Source: Phycisphaeraceae bacterium (GTDB lineage: Bacteria; Planctomycetota; Phycisphaerae; Phycisphaerales; Phycisphaeraceae). From it: 64,000 nt of DNA. This document shows, piece by piece, positions 17,392 through 27,408 of this stretch. The position numbers and the translations under genes are program-made. The stretch spans positions 4,896,001 through 4,960,000 of the forward strand of contig OY771506.1 in the NCBI GenBank assembly GCA_963674705.1, given 5' to 3'. The notes beneath the pieces were generated by a model. The model did not search any database. It saw only the letters and a program-made list of their open reading frames with translations, and had not been told where the DNA came from. How positions within the stretch are numbered: the first letter of the stretch is position 1; each line of letters begins with the position of its first letter.

Positions 17392-18485
17392 GGCTGCGAC
17401 CCCTCGTCCGGCGGCTGTGCGAGGATCTGTTCGCCTTGCTCGAGGCCCGAAAGCACTTCAACGCGATCGCCAAGTTTTTCACCCAACCGCACGAAACGCC
17501 GATGCGCTTGCTTGGCTTCGGTGTCGGCGACGTAAACGATCTTGAGTTGCCCGACCTCGCGCACGGCCGACGTGGGGATGGTCAGACGCTGCGCTTCACC
17601 GAGCGGGATGAACAAGCGGCCGAACATACCGCTGTGCACGTTGGGTGGACACGGCCCCCCCACTTTCACTAAGAACGTCCGGCTTGTCGCGGCAGCTTGC
17701 GGGACGATCTCGCGGATGTTGCCGGTGCAGCGCAGGTCGACGGCATCGATCTGCACATCCACCGCGTCGCCGACGGATAGTTTGACGGAAAGCGATTCGG
17801 GGACTTCGGCTTCGAGTTGCAGTTGGCCTTCAAGGGTGAGGATGACCTGGCCCGGCTGGACAAGATCGCCGACCTCGACGTGTTTGTCGATCACTTTGCC
17901 TGACATGGGGCTTTCGACGGTGGCGTAAGCGAGTTGTGTGCGGGCTTCGTTGTCGGCCTGACGCGAGGCTTCGGCATCGGCCTCAGCAACTTCGGCGGCA
18001 CGCACGGCATCATCAAACTCACGCTCGGTCGCGGCGTTGCGCTGGTAGATATCGGTGACACGTTTGAGGTCGCTCTGCGCCTGGCGCAGGCGTGCTTCGA
18101 TGGCAACGAGCTGCGCTTTGGTGCGTGCAGCGCGGGCTTGCAAGGCGGTGTCGTCGAGGCGTGCGAGGATTTGGCCTGCTTCGACAGAGTCGCCGGCCCG
18201 GACGTTCAGTTCGGTGACTTCGGCGGTGAGTTGCGAGGCGACCTGCACCTGCTGGATCGCGCGGACGGTGCCGACGGTCGGCGCGACGCGCTGGTAGGTC
18301 TGAAGTTCGACGCTCGCCAGCGGGCCGTTGATGGGCCAGGCGCGAACCTGTTCGTGCCCGGGCGCGGTCTTGGGGATGAATCCGCCGCTGAGCCAGAACA
18401 CAGCGACGACGATAACGATCAAGACGCCGGCCCAGACGAGAACGGTCTTAAGATGACGACGCCAGAGCGTGTTGCGATCCGCCAA
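17388..18485 (-). CDS. RND efflux periplasmic adaptor (MFP)
   Basis: N-terminal TM, biotinyl-lipoyl halves, coiled coil, VEVLSGL; overlaps the permease start. Confidence 0.92.
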   Translation of the reverse strand: MADRNTLWRRHLKTVLVWAGVLIVIVVAVFWLSGGFIPKTAPGHEQVRAWPINGPLASVELQTYQRVAPTVGTVRAIQQVQVASQLTAEVTELNVRAGDSVEAGQILARLDDTALQARAARTKAQLVAIEARLRQAQSDLKRVTDIYQRNAATEREFDDAVRAAEVAEADAEASRQADNEARTQLAYATVESPMSGKVIDKHVEVGDLVQPGQVILTLEGQLQLEAEVPESLSVKLSVGDAVDVQIDAVDLRCTGNIREIVPQAAATSRTFLVKVGGPCPPNVHSGMFGRLFIPLGEAQRLTIPTSAVREVGQLKIVYVADTEAKQAHRRFVRLGEKLGDRVEVLSGLEQGEQILAQPPDEGSQP

Positions 18486-18574
18486 GTGTCACCTGCCTTT
18501 CGGTTGCTCCCACTAAGATATGTCAGAGCTAATATATCGAAAAGCGCAGGGATGACAGAATATCGCTTATCGGC

Positions 18575-19711
18575 TTACTGATTATTGCGGCGGACGAAGC
18601 TTTTGTCGTCGACGATCTGGATCGGGAGGGTGACCTCGTCGCGTGTGCCGGCATTCTCGTCGAAGATGCGGACCTTCAGGCGGTACTGTCCCAGTGCGAG
18701 CTTGCCGGGCAGTGTAACGAGCTGAACGACGAAGAAGTCCTTGCGCTTGTTCTTGGAGACATCGACGATCTTGACTGGCTCGTGGTTCCAGACCTCGAAG
18801 CCGGAGGATTCGTAGAGTTCCAGTTCCTGTGTGAGGTTGACTTCGTAGCCCTCGCCGTCGCTGGTGGGCGCGGGTTTGAAGTGGTCGAGTTCGACGTAGA
18901 CGATGAGTTTCTGGTCACGACCGGCAGCGAAGGTGTGATCGGTGAACGCCTCATAGACGCCGTAGCCGAGGACTTTTTCGCACAGCTCGATCGAGCGGAT
19001 GGTGATGGGCTGTTCGCCGAAGACTTCGTTCATCGAGCCGGCAAAGGTTTGCTCATCGATCATGCTATCGCCGTTGAGGGCCTGCTCGCGCAGGGCAGAG
19101 ACGGCTTTGTAGTAGCGTTCGACGCGCTGCTGGTCCTTGGGCGAAAGTGCGTGCATGGTGGACCAGTCCAGCTCACCGTGCGGGCCGACGGCGCTGAGTG
19201 TGGCGGCGGTGATGGCCTTGGAAAGGTTGGAGTCGTTGCCGCTTCTGATGGCGTTGATGTACTGGTTGTGCAGTTGGACGAGTGATAGCTGCTGCTGGTT
19301 GGGATTTGTGACCCTCTTGACCATGGGCTTGCCGGCCGGGTCGGAGTTGCTGACGGTTTGGACAGCCGGGTCTGCGGGGTCGTTTTGCGTCTCTTGAGCC
19401 ACCTGATCGGGTGCGGCTTGTTCGGCGGGCTGTTCGGAAGCGACAGGCTCGATGGGGTCCTGGTTTGCCGGTTCGGGGGCGAGATCGCGCCAGATGATTT
19501 CCTGGGGCGGCTGCTGTTCGTGACGGGCATAGGCCGCAGCGACACGCTCAGCCTGCATCTGGGCATCGAGGAGGGCTTGTTCCTGTTCTGCCTGGGCTTG
19601 TGCGGCTGCGGGGTCCAGTGAATCGTCAGTCTTGTTCTGCTGTTCGCAGGCGCTGAACAGGCCACAGCAAACCGTCAAGACACCACAACTAATCAATGAC
19701 GCGTGTCGCAT
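18575..19711 (-). CDS. Hypothetical lipoprotein with a low-complexity linker and C-terminal beta-rich domain
   Basis: Lipobox-like FSAC; SD GGAGG; typical codon usage. Confidence 0.75.
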   Translation of the reverse strand: MRHASLISCGVLTVCCGLFSACEQQNKTDDSLDPAAAQAQAEQEQALLDAQMQAERVAAAYARHEQQPPQEIIWRDLAPEPANQDPIEPVASEQPAEQAAPDQVAQETQNDPADPAVQTVSNSDPAGKPMVKRVTNPNQQQLSLVQLHNQYINAIRSGNDSNLSKAITAATLSAVGPHGELDWSTMHALSPKDQQRVERYYKAVSALREQALNGDSMIDEQTFAGSMNEVFGEQPITIRSIELCEKVLGYGVYEAFTDHTFAAGRDQKLIVYVELDHFKPAPTSDGEGYEVNLTQELELYESSGFEVWNHEPVKIVDVSKNKRKDFFVVQLVTLPGKLALGQYRLKVRIFDENAGTRDEVTLPIQIVDDKSFVRRNNQ

Positions 19712-19809
19712 TATGCCTCCTGCATGCTTAGCCGACCGGATCGGCTAACGGTTCATCCATGAACCTGACTTGCGATTATTACCCGGAGCACGACGCCGGG
19801 ATGAGCGCA

Positions 19810-20847
19810 TTACTTTATGGTATCGGCCAAACGGATGCAGAAGCATTCGAGATTACGCTGACTTGTACCCAGCCCGGACTTCGAACGCCGATCAGCCTCG
19901 AGCACATCGTCGAACGCCGCAGCCAGCGTCTTGGGGTCCAGCCGACGCAGAACACCCATAAACAGTTGTAAACGCGGGCCCCAGAGCTTGAGTTCCTTGG
20001 CGATGACGCTGTCCGGCGTGCCGGTCTGTTTCATCATCGAAGCGACGTTGAGCTTGCGGACCAGGTCGGCGACGAAGTACATCACCAGCACCTCGGCCTG
20101 GCCGGCAAGGTCGATCAACTCGCGGATCTTGGCAAGCGCCTGCCCTGCCGATCTTGAAGACAGCCCGGTCAGGATGGCTTCCTGAACCTCCCAGGCTTTT
20201 TCATCGCTGCTCTTGCCGACCACCTGCTCGACAAGGCCCTTCACGATCATGTCCTTCGGGCCGACCATCAGCGCGAGCTTGGCCAGTTCCTGATCCAACG
20301 GCATCAGGTCGCAGCCCATGCGTTCGACCAGCAGCGACGCGGCGGCGGGCTCGATGGGTTTGCCGTGCTCGGATTGGCAGCGATTGGTCAGCCAGGCTTT
20401 GGCCTCAGCGGGCTTGAGCGGTTCGCACTTGATGACAGCCCCGACCTTGGCGATCAGCTTGTCGAGGTTGCCCTTGTTCCACGTGTTGCTGCGCAGAACG
20501 AGCGTCGCGTGGTCGACGGGGGATTCGGCGTAGCGCTCCATCGCCTTGCGGTAGGTGTCTTTGTCGTTGATGTCCTTCTTCAAAAACTCATCGGCGTTGT
20601 CGACGAGGACGATCTTGTGGTGCTGCATCAGGGCGTAGCTGCGCAGCTCGTCGAGGACGTCAGCGAGGGTGGCGGAGTTGCCATCGAAGCTGAAGGTTTC
20701 GGTTTCGCCGTGGGCTTCGTCGAGGGCTTTACGGAGGTCCTGGAGGTATCGGGATTTAAGCCAATGCTCAGGCCCGTGCAGAACGCAGATGCGCGTATCG
20801 GGGCCGAGGGCTGGGGCGGCTGATTTGGACGGGGCGCGTTTGGCCAT
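19810..20847 (-). CDS. holA: DNA polymerase III subunit delta
   Basis: VLHGPE, LDELRS..L...KIVLV.NADEF, QELAKLAL, ADRRSKSG pattern; size 345 aa. Confidence 0.85.
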   Translation of the reverse strand: MAKRAPSKSAAPALGPDTRICVLHGPEHWLKSRYLQDLRKALDEAHGETETFSFDGNSATLADVLDELRSYALMQHHKIVLVDNADEFLKKDINDKDTYRKAMERYAESPVDHATLVLRSNTWNKGNLDKLIAKVGAVIKCEPLKPAEAKAWLTNRCQSEHGKPIEPAAASLLVERMGCDLMPLDQELAKLALMVGPKDMIVKGLVEQVVGKSSDEKAWEVQEAILTGLSSRSAGQALAKIRELIDLAGQAEVLVMYFVADLVRKLNVASMMKQTGTPDSVIAKELKLWGPRLQLFMGVLRRLDPKTLAAAFDDVLEADRRSKSGLGTSQRNLECFCIRLADTIK

Positions 20848-20959
20848 GGGGGCATGATAACATGATTAAGGGTGATATCCGGTCGGTTAATCATCCGCTT
20901 GGGTTAATTGCCAGCTTGATACAATTGCACGGGTTATAACACGTTTTGCCTGGAAAAAG

Positions 20960-21409
20960 ATGCAAGATCGCTTTAAGGATTTTGAAACTGGAATTTGGGA
21001 CTTTGAAAGTCGGGTTCTGATCCGATGCCCGAAGTGTGATCAATGCGCCATAGCTGAGGCGATGGACGTGAATAAGATGCGATACACCTGCGGTGCATGC
21101 GGTATGGCTCAAGAGGTACCTCCGGGCAAGTGGGTTTACACCAAGAATGCACAAGGAGGAGCTAATGTATCACTCTGGCTGGAAACCAAGTGTTGTGGGC
21201 ACCTGCTTTGGGCATACAACCGTGAACACCTTGAATTTCTGGAAGCTTACGTCTCAGCGCTACTAAGAGAGCAACGACCCTCACCCGATGGACGATGGCA
21301 TAATGCCGCCCTGGCTAGCCGTCTGCCGAAATGGATGTCATCTGCTAAGAACCGTGAAGATGTGTTGAAAGGCATCGAACGGTTAAAAGAACGATTACCC
21401 GAGATTTAG
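20960..21409 (+). CDS. Zinc-ribbon-containing hypothetical protein
   Basis: CPKC..CGACG, LWLETKCCGHLLWAYNREHL, RLPKWM..AKNR; lower GC and opposite strand to neighbours. Confidence 0.75.
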   Translation: MQDRFKDFETGIWDFESRVLIRCPKCDQCAIAEAMDVNKMRYTCGACGMAQEVPPGKWVYTKNAQGGANVSLWLETKCCGHLLWAYNREHLEFLEAYVSALLREQRPSPDGRWHNAALASRLPKWMSSAKNREDVLKGIERLKERLPEI

Positions 21410-21412
21410 CCA

Positions 21413-22813
21413 TCAGGCTGATATCGTGATCTTCGAGAGCAGCAAGGTGGCAAAGAGGAGTACGACGAAGAAGCTGACGAGGTCGACGACGGTGGTGACG
21501 ACGGGGCCGGAGGCCATGGCGGGGTCGAGGCCGACGGATCGGAGGGCAAGCGGGACGGTTCCGCCGACTGATTTGGCGATGAGGATGACGATGGGGATCG
21601 CGCCGCCGATGACCAGGCCGAAGTAGAAGTTGCCTTCCCAGAACCATGCGATGAGGAATAACAGCAATCCGAGCACGATCCCGGCGAGGATCGCGAGGGT
21701 GGCTTCCTTGAAGAGTACGCGCATGTAGTCGCTGGGCATGATCAGACCGAGCGAGACTTCACGCAGGGACACGCCGACCGACTGGTTGCCACCGCTTCCG
21801 CAGAGCCCGGCGACAATTGGCAGGAACATCGCCAGGACCGGCAGCTTGTCGACTGTGTCGATGAACAGGTGGATCACGCTGGCCGAACCGAGCATCAGCA
21901 GCATGATGGGCACGAGGTACGCCAGTCGACGCAGAAGCCGGGACATCAGCGGCATCGATCGGAACTCTTCGCCGGCGACGATACCCGCGACCTTGAGCAG
22001 GTCTTCGTTAGCCGAATCGCTGAGGGCTTCCTGCACGGCCGCACGTTGAACAACACCCATCAGGCAGTTATTACTGTCCACAACGGGGACGGCGGAGAAG
22101 TCGACACGGTCGAAGAGGTCTTCGAGGTCTTCCAGTTCGGTATCGACCGAGACGCTGAGTGGATTGCTGATGGTCAGGTCGATGAGCTTTCGGCCGGGCG
22201 GCGCCATGACGAGGCTGCGCATGGTCAGGACGCCCTTGAAAATGCCTTTACGATCGGTCAGGTAGGCATAGCGAACTTCGTATTCGTTGTATTCCTGGAC
22301 GTGCTTGCGGAGGTCGGTGATGACGTCGTCGACGTCCTGGTCATCGCGGTAGACGAGGTATTCGGTGATCATCAGACCGCCGGCGGTTTCCTCGTCGTAC
22401 TGCATACGCTGACGGGCGTCGGCGGCTTCCTCCGGATTCATCTGATCGAGGATGGCTTCGGCGTCATCGATGTGAAGCTCGGCGAGGATGTCCGTCTGCT
22501 CGTCCGAGTCCATCTCGTCGACAATGGCGGCGGCGGCCACGGGCTCGAGCTGCTCGATCATGTCGGCCGCATGCTCGTCCGTGAAGTGCTCCATCAGGTC
22601 GGCGGCGAGATCGGGGTCCGACTCGGAGAGCATCGATAGCATCCGCGTGCGGTGGTCGTCGCCAAGGCTGCTGATGGTGTAGGTCGTGTCTTCCGGCGGG
22701 AGCAGGCGCAGGAACGCCGCGAGATGCCTGGCATTGCCCGACTCGATGATCTCGGTGAGCTGCTGGGTCGGATCAACCTGGATGTTCGGATCGTCTGACA
22801 TTAGCGGCTCCAT
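21413..22813 (-). CDS. mgtE: Magnesium transporter MgtE
   Basis: Acidic N-domain, TAGGLM CBS pair, 5 TM with GLDPAMASGPVVTTVVD. Confidence 0.93.
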   Translation of the reverse strand: MEPLMSDDPNIQVDPTQQLTEIIESGNARHLAAFLRLLPPEDTTYTISSLGDDHRTRMLSMLSESDPDLAADLMEHFTDEHAADMIEQLEPVAAAAIVDEMDSDEQTDILAELHIDDAEAILDQMNPEEAADARQRMQYDEETAGGLMITEYLVYRDDQDVDDVITDLRKHVQEYNEYEVRYAYLTDRKGIFKGVLTMRSLVMAPPGRKLIDLTISNPLSVSVDTELEDLEDLFDRVDFSAVPVVDSNNCLMGVVQRAAVQEALSDSANEDLLKVAGIVAGEEFRSMPLMSRLLRRLAYLVPIMLLMLGSASVIHLFIDTVDKLPVLAMFLPIVAGLCGSGGNQSVGVSLREVSLGLIMPSDYMRVLFKEATLAILAGIVLGLLLFLIAWFWEGNFYFGLVIGGAIPIVILIAKSVGGTVPLALRSVGLDPAMASGPVVTTVVDLVSFFVVLLFATLLLSKITISA

Positions 22814-22849
22814 ACGGATCGTATGCGTAACGATAACCGATCAGGCTGA

Positions 22850-23626
22850 TTAACCGAAGTGCTCGGCCCAACGAGGCAGTTGCCTGGTATCCGTGACGTC
22901 GTGCTCAAGCGGCGTGATGGTGATGTAACCGTCGAAGATCGCCTCGACGTCGGTATTGGGTTCGCGATGCTTAAACGTCATTGAGTTACAGATCTGGTAG
23001 TTGAACGATCCATCGTCGGCGGGCGTGACCTCGTATTGATCAATCAGGCAACTGGTGGAGATCTTCGCGACCTTGATGCCCTTGGGTTCGTCGCCGTCGT
23101 CGAGCAAGGGGATGTTGATGTTGACGACGGAGTGCGGTGTCATCGGACCTTTCAAGGCTTTTCTAATCGCGTCCGCGGCGTAACGGGACGTCTGGTCCCA
23201 GGGGATATTGTTCCAGTCGCGGACGTGCTGGCTGATAGCGATGGCGGGCAGGCCCATGAAGGCGGCCTCGCGTGCTGCGCCGACCGTGCCGGAGTAGAGG
23301 ACGTTGATGCCGATGTTGGCCCCTGCGTTGATGCCGGAGATAACCAGGTCGATCGGGGGCGGCACGAGGTGTGCGATCGCGATCTTGACGCAGTCGGCCG
23401 GGCGTGCGTCGACGCTGGTGCCGTTGAAGTCTTCGAAGCCCTCACCGCCCGGGCCGGGGTGCTTATTGACCCGGATCGCCCGGTGGAAGGTCACGGAATG
23501 GCTGGTCGCCGACTGCACTTTTTCGGGGGCGACGACATAGACCTCGCCGAGGTCCTTGACCGCCAGGTAAAGCGCGTGCAGCCCCGGCGCGTCGATGCCG
23601 TCATCATTGGTCAGAAGGATACGCAT
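22850..23626 (-). CDS. surE: 5'/3'-nucleotidase SurE
   Basis: ILLTNDDGIDAPG, PADCV, SGINAGANIG, YSGTVGAARE. Confidence 0.95.
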   Translation of the reverse strand: MRILLTNDDGIDAPGLHALYLAVKDLGEVYVVAPEKVQSATSHSVTFHRAIRVNKHPGPGGEGFEDFNGTSVDARPADCVKIAIAHLVPPPIDLVISGINAGANIGINVLYSGTVGAAREAAFMGLPAIAISQHVRDWNNIPWDQTSRYAADAIRKALKGPMTPHSVVNINIPLLDDGDEPKGIKVAKISTSCLIDQYEVTPADDGSFNYQICNSMTFKHREPNTDVEAIFDGYITITPLEHDVTDTRQLPRWAEHFG

Positions 23627-23680
23627 GGGGAGATTGTACTGTGAGAGGGTTCAGGGTGTAGGGTTAAGAAGAGGAAGCGA

Positions 23681-23764
23681 TAGCCACAAAAAGGCACAAA
23701 AGACACAAAAGGGTAAGACCATGATGATCCAAAATTAAGTGTGTTTTGTGCCTTTTCGTAGCTA
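23681..23764. repeat. Family D inverted element whose terminal TA is the IS630 insertion site
   Basis: TAGCCACAAAAAGGCACAAAAGACACAAAA ... GTGTTTTGTGCCTTTTCGTAGCTA; near-identical arms at 58112-58267. Confidence 0.8.
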
Positions 23765-24807
23765 GAGCATCTTCCACGCCACTGTAGCGCCCTTGTACAC
23801 AAGTGATTATGCTGTGCCTTCAAGCAAGGAGGCTTTGATGAAGGCATATTCAATGGATCTGCGGAAGCGGGTGTTGGCGGCGTGTGATGCCGGGCACGGC
23901 ACGCGTGAGGTGGCCAAGCGGTTCTCGGTCAGCGCCTCGTGGGTGCGTCGGCTCAAGCAACGGCGTCGTGAAGGCGAGGGGATCTCGCCGCGGCCTCAGG
24001 GCGGCGACTACGTCAGCCGGTTCACCGGCGAAGACCTGCAGCGTGTACATGCGATGCTCAAGCAGAAGCCGGACACGACGCTGGATGCGTTGCGTGTGCG
24101 TTGTGAGCGTGAGCTGGGCATCCGTTGCGGGCTGGGCACGATGTGGCGGACGGTGCGTTGGAAGCTGGGGTGGACGTTTAAAAAAAGTCATTACGGCCCA
24201 GCGAGCAGGACCGCGCGGATGTGAAGCAGCAGCGTGTGAACTTCCGCATCGCCACACGGTTCATCGAGCCTAAGCAGCTTGTTTTCCTGGATGAATCGGG
24301 CGCGAGGACGAACATGACCCGCCTGCGGGGCTGGGCCGGACGCGGTTGCCGGCTGGACGCCGCGGCGCCGCACAGCCACTGGCGTACGACGACGATGCTC
24401 AGCGCGATCGGTTGTGAGGGTGTGATCCAACGGGCGACGCTGGCCTTCGACGGCGCGACGGATGCGGCGCTGTTCCGAGGCTACGTCGAGCGTTGCCTGG
24501 CCCCGGCGCTGAAGCAAGGCCAGATCGTGGTGATGGATAACCTGGCGTCGCATAAGGTGCGCGGGGTGCGTGAAGCGATCGAAGCGGCGGGCTGTGACCT
24601 GTGGTACTTACCGCCGTACTCACCGGACTTCAACCCGATCGAGAAGATGTGGAGCAAGGTCAAAGCCCTGCTGCGTGCCGCCGCCGCACGGACCCACGAC
24701 AAACTGATTGAGGCGATCGGTCGGGCGTTGCGTGCGGTATCCCTGGACGAGTGCCGCAACTACTTCCGCAGCTGCGGGTATGCTACATGAGATTGGAAGA
24801 CGCTCTA
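23763..24807 (+). mobile_element. IS630-family insertion sequence
   Basis: Ends TAGAGCATCTTCCA / TGGAAGACGCTCTA (13/14 inverted match including the duplicated TA); transposase inside; distinct codon usage. Confidence 0.93.
23838..24790 (+). CDS. IS630 transposase (orfA and orfB joined by a -1 frameshift)
   Basis: MKAYSMDLRKRV HTH; A7G at 24180-24187 gives the fused KKSLRPSEQDR; DDE motifs VFLDES, VMDNL, YSPDFNPIE. Confidence 0.92.
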
Positions 24808-24835
24808 ATTGTATAGATCGGAGTTTGTATATCGA

Positions 24836-24869
24836 AAAAGACCGACCCGTAATTGGGTCGGCCTTTGTT
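24836..24869 (-). terminator. Terminator of the ribosomal protein cluster (probably bidirectional)
   Basis: AAAAGACCGACCC-GTAATT-GGGTCGGCCTTT hairpin downstream of rplQ. Confidence 0.7.
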
Positions 24870-24895
24870 TATGGTTGCACACGTTTGGTGTGTGA

Positions 24896-25516
24896 TTATT
24901 CGGCTTTTTCTTCTTCGGTGGTTTCGGGTTCGGCGGCCGCTTCGGGTTCGGCTGGGGGTTCTTCTTCGGCGATGGCGGTGGCGGCAGTGCCGGCGGCCTT
25001 ACGCTTCGCAGCGGCGAATTCCATACGCTTGTTGGCCTTGTCGCGGCGGCGCGAGTACTGGCCGGAGACCTGCGGGCCGCTGTCTTCTTCACTCACCAGT
25101 TGCAGGACGCAGAGCGAGGCTCCGTCGCCGATGCGGTGCTTGGCGAGTTTGATGATGCGCGTGTAACCGCCGGTGCGGTCGGCGTACTTGGGCGCGATCT
25201 CATCGAAGAGGACCTTGACGACCTTGGGCCCGCCGACGACTTCGCCGTAGCTGTTGCGCTCGATGGCGTCGTCGTTGTCGCCCTTGATCATGATCGGATC
25301 GGCGCCGAGCATCTTGATGACCTGACGCCGGGAGGCGAGGTCACCCTTCTTGGCGGCGGTGATGATCTTCTCGACGAAGGGCTTGAGGCTCTTGGCCTTG
25401 GGCAGTGTCGTGGTGATCTGGCCGTGGGTGAACAGGGAGATCGCCATGTTGCGCCACATAGCGATACGGTGGTTGGTATGACGGCCGAGTTTGCGGCCTG
25501 TGACGCGGTGTCTCAT
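24896..25516 (-). CDS. rplQ: 50S ribosomal protein L17 with internal insertion and acidic C-terminal tail
   Basis: MRHRVTGRKLGR, ITTTLPKAK, RTGGYTRIIK. Confidence 0.96.
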   Translation of the reverse strand: MRHRVTGRKLGRHTNHRIAMWRNMAISLFTHGQITTTLPKAKSLKPFVEKIITAAKKGDLASRRQVIKMLGADPIMIKGDNDDAIERNSYGEVVGGPKVVKVLFDEIAPKYADRTGGYTRIIKLAKHRIGDGASLCVLQLVSEEDSGPQVSGQYSRRRDKANKRMEFAAAKRKAAGTAATAIAEEEPPAEPEAAAEPETTEEEKAE

Positions 25517-25666
25517 CTGAGAACTCCTTTCCTGACGGGCCGAGCGGGTGAGACGCCGTCGGCCGAGCCACTCCCGCTATAGACAAAAGCGGGGCAATTT
25601 GACCCTGACACAGGGCCGGGGCATGTGGGCCCCTGGTCACGGATGGTGACCTGTTTCGCCGTAAAC

Positions 25667-26674
25667 TTAGACGGCGGAGGAATCGGCCTGAAGCTCGGCG
25701 GGCAGGTCCATGCCCAGGCTCAGGCCCATGTCGGTGAGCTTACGCTTGACTTCACGCAGCGAAGTCTTGCCGAAGCTGCGGACCTTGAGCAGGTCGGCTT
25801 CGGTGCGGACGACGAGTTCGGCGACGGTTTCGATGTTCGCCGCTTCCAGGCAGTTGCTGGCGCGGACGGACAGGTCCAGTTCGCTGACGTTCATCTGGAA
25901 CTTGCGGATCTGCTCTTCGTCGACGCGTGCGGCGGCTGCGGCGGATTCGCTGGCGGTCGCTTCACCCAGCTCGAAGTACTGCACGAACGGGTTGAGGTGC
26001 TTACGCAGGATCTTCGCGGCTTCGACAAGCGCCATCTCGGGCGTGACCGTGCCGTTGGTCCAGATCTCGAGGGTCAGTTTGTCGAAGTTGGTCTTCTGAC
26101 CGACACGGGTGTCTTCGGTCTTGTAGCGGACACGGGTGACGGGGGAGAAGATGGCGTCGACGGGGATGACGCCGATTTCCTGCTCGCCGCCGGCTTCGTA
26201 GTACTCGCTGGCGGGGACGTAGCCACGGCCCTTCTCGACGCGGAACTCGATGTCGAAGTCGATCTGCTTCGTGAGGGTCGCGAGGATGAGGTCCTTGGTG
26301 TGGATGGTGATGGAGGTGTCGGCCTCGATCAGGTCGCAGGTGACTTCACCGGGGCCTTCGGCCTGGATGCGCATCGTCTTGGGCTCTTCGGAATCGAGCG
26401 AGACGACGATGTCCTTGATGTTCAGGAGGATGTCGGTGGCGTCTTCCTGTACACCTTCGAGGCTGGTGAATTCGTGCTGTGCGCCCTTGATCTTGACGGC
26501 GGTGACGGCGGCACCTTCGAGGCTGGACAGGAGGATACGGCGGAGGCTATTGCCGACGGTCGTACCGAATCCGCGTTCGAAGGGTTCGACGGTGAATTTG
26601 CCGTAGGTGGGTGTGTTCGCCGGGTCGGCGATGACACGATGAGGCAGTTCCAAACCACGCCATCTGATTCGCAT
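25667..26674 (-). CDS. rpoA: RNA polymerase subunit alpha
   Basis: EPFERGFGTTVGNSLRRILLSS, LSVRASNCL, FGKTSL. Confidence 0.98.
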   Translation of the reverse strand: MRIRWRGLELPHRVIADPANTPTYGKFTVEPFERGFGTTVGNSLRRILLSSLEGAAVTAVKIKGAQHEFTSLEGVQEDATDILLNIKDIVVSLDSEEPKTMRIQAEGPGEVTCDLIEADTSITIHTKDLILATLTKQIDFDIEFRVEKGRGYVPASEYYEAGGEQEIGVIPVDAIFSPVTRVRYKTEDTRVGQKTNFDKLTLEIWTNGTVTPEMALVEAAKILRKHLNPFVQYFELGEATASESAAAAARVDEEQIRKFQMNVSELDLSVRASNCLEAANIETVAELVVRTEADLLKVRSFGKTSLREVKRKLTDMGLSLGMDLPAELQADSSAV

Positions 26675-26874
26675 GATAATCTCCGATTCTTCCAGCAGCC
26701 CTTGTTGGGAAGCAGACGCCTGTGGCTTATCGCGGGTCCGACCGCTGCTGGACGGCTGGGCGCTTCTGTGCCGGTGGCGTTTTTGATTGGGTACTAATTA
26801 TTAAGCTGAGGGAACCGGTCGGTAAACCGACCTCAGCCTTGAAGTCACGATTCGCAAAGCGTATCGAAGGTGTA

Positions 26875-27252
26875 TTAGACGCGGCGGCGCTTACGGGGGC
26901 GGCAGCCGTTGTGCGGGATCGGAGTGTGATCTTCGACAGCGGTGATCTTGATGCCGTTGGCCTGCAGGCCGGTGATGGCGGACTCACGGCCGGAGCCTGC
27001 GCCGCGGATGCGTACTTCGACTTCCTGAACACCGAACTTCTTGGCGGCGTTGGCGGCCTCTTCGGCGGCGCGTGTTGCGGCGAAGGGGGTGCTCTTACGC
27101 GAACCCTTGAAGCCGGAGCTGCCGGCCGAGGCCTGGCAGAGGGTTTCGCCGTTGACGTCGGTGATGGTGATCAGGGTGTTGTTGAAGGTCGCCTTGATGT
27201 GGGCGATGCCCCGAGCGACGTTCTTGCGGATCTTTTTGGTCTTCTTGGCCAT
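26875..27252 (-). CDS. rpsK: 30S ribosomal protein S11
   Basis: [35 protein letters not shown]. Confidence 0.98.
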   Translation of the reverse strand: MAKKTKKIRKNVARGIAHIKATFNNTLITITDVNGETLCQASAGSSGFKGSRKSTPFAATRAAEEAANAAKKFGVQEVEVRIRGAGSGRESAITGLQANGIKITAVEDHTPIPHNGCRPRKRRRV

Positions 27253-27371
27253 GTGTATTCCTCGAAGTTCGTGGCGTTGCCGGCTTTCCCGAACCGTTCG
27301 GGCGGGCAACTGGCTTCGGATATTGAATTCGCGTCGATGTTGGATCGACTGTGAAACGGTTGTGTTGGTAG

Positions 27372-27396
27372 CGCCGAGCAAGCTCGGCGGCTAAAC
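27372..27396 (-). repeat. Family C REP (GTTTAGC plus hairpin with CTTG loop), rpsM-rpsK spacer
   Basis: cgccgagcaagctcggcggctaaac. Confidence 0.85.
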
Positions 27397-27408
27397 AGGG
27401 ACGAAGTG

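Noticed and set aside
18566..18573. GCCGATAA on the minus strand upstream of the RND adaptor as a sigma-28 promoter
   Set aside because: No TAAA-like -35 at the right spacing
23838..24790. Transposase pseudogene (two ORFs)
   Set aside because: The break is at a canonical A7G slippery site; IRs and the DDE triad are intact
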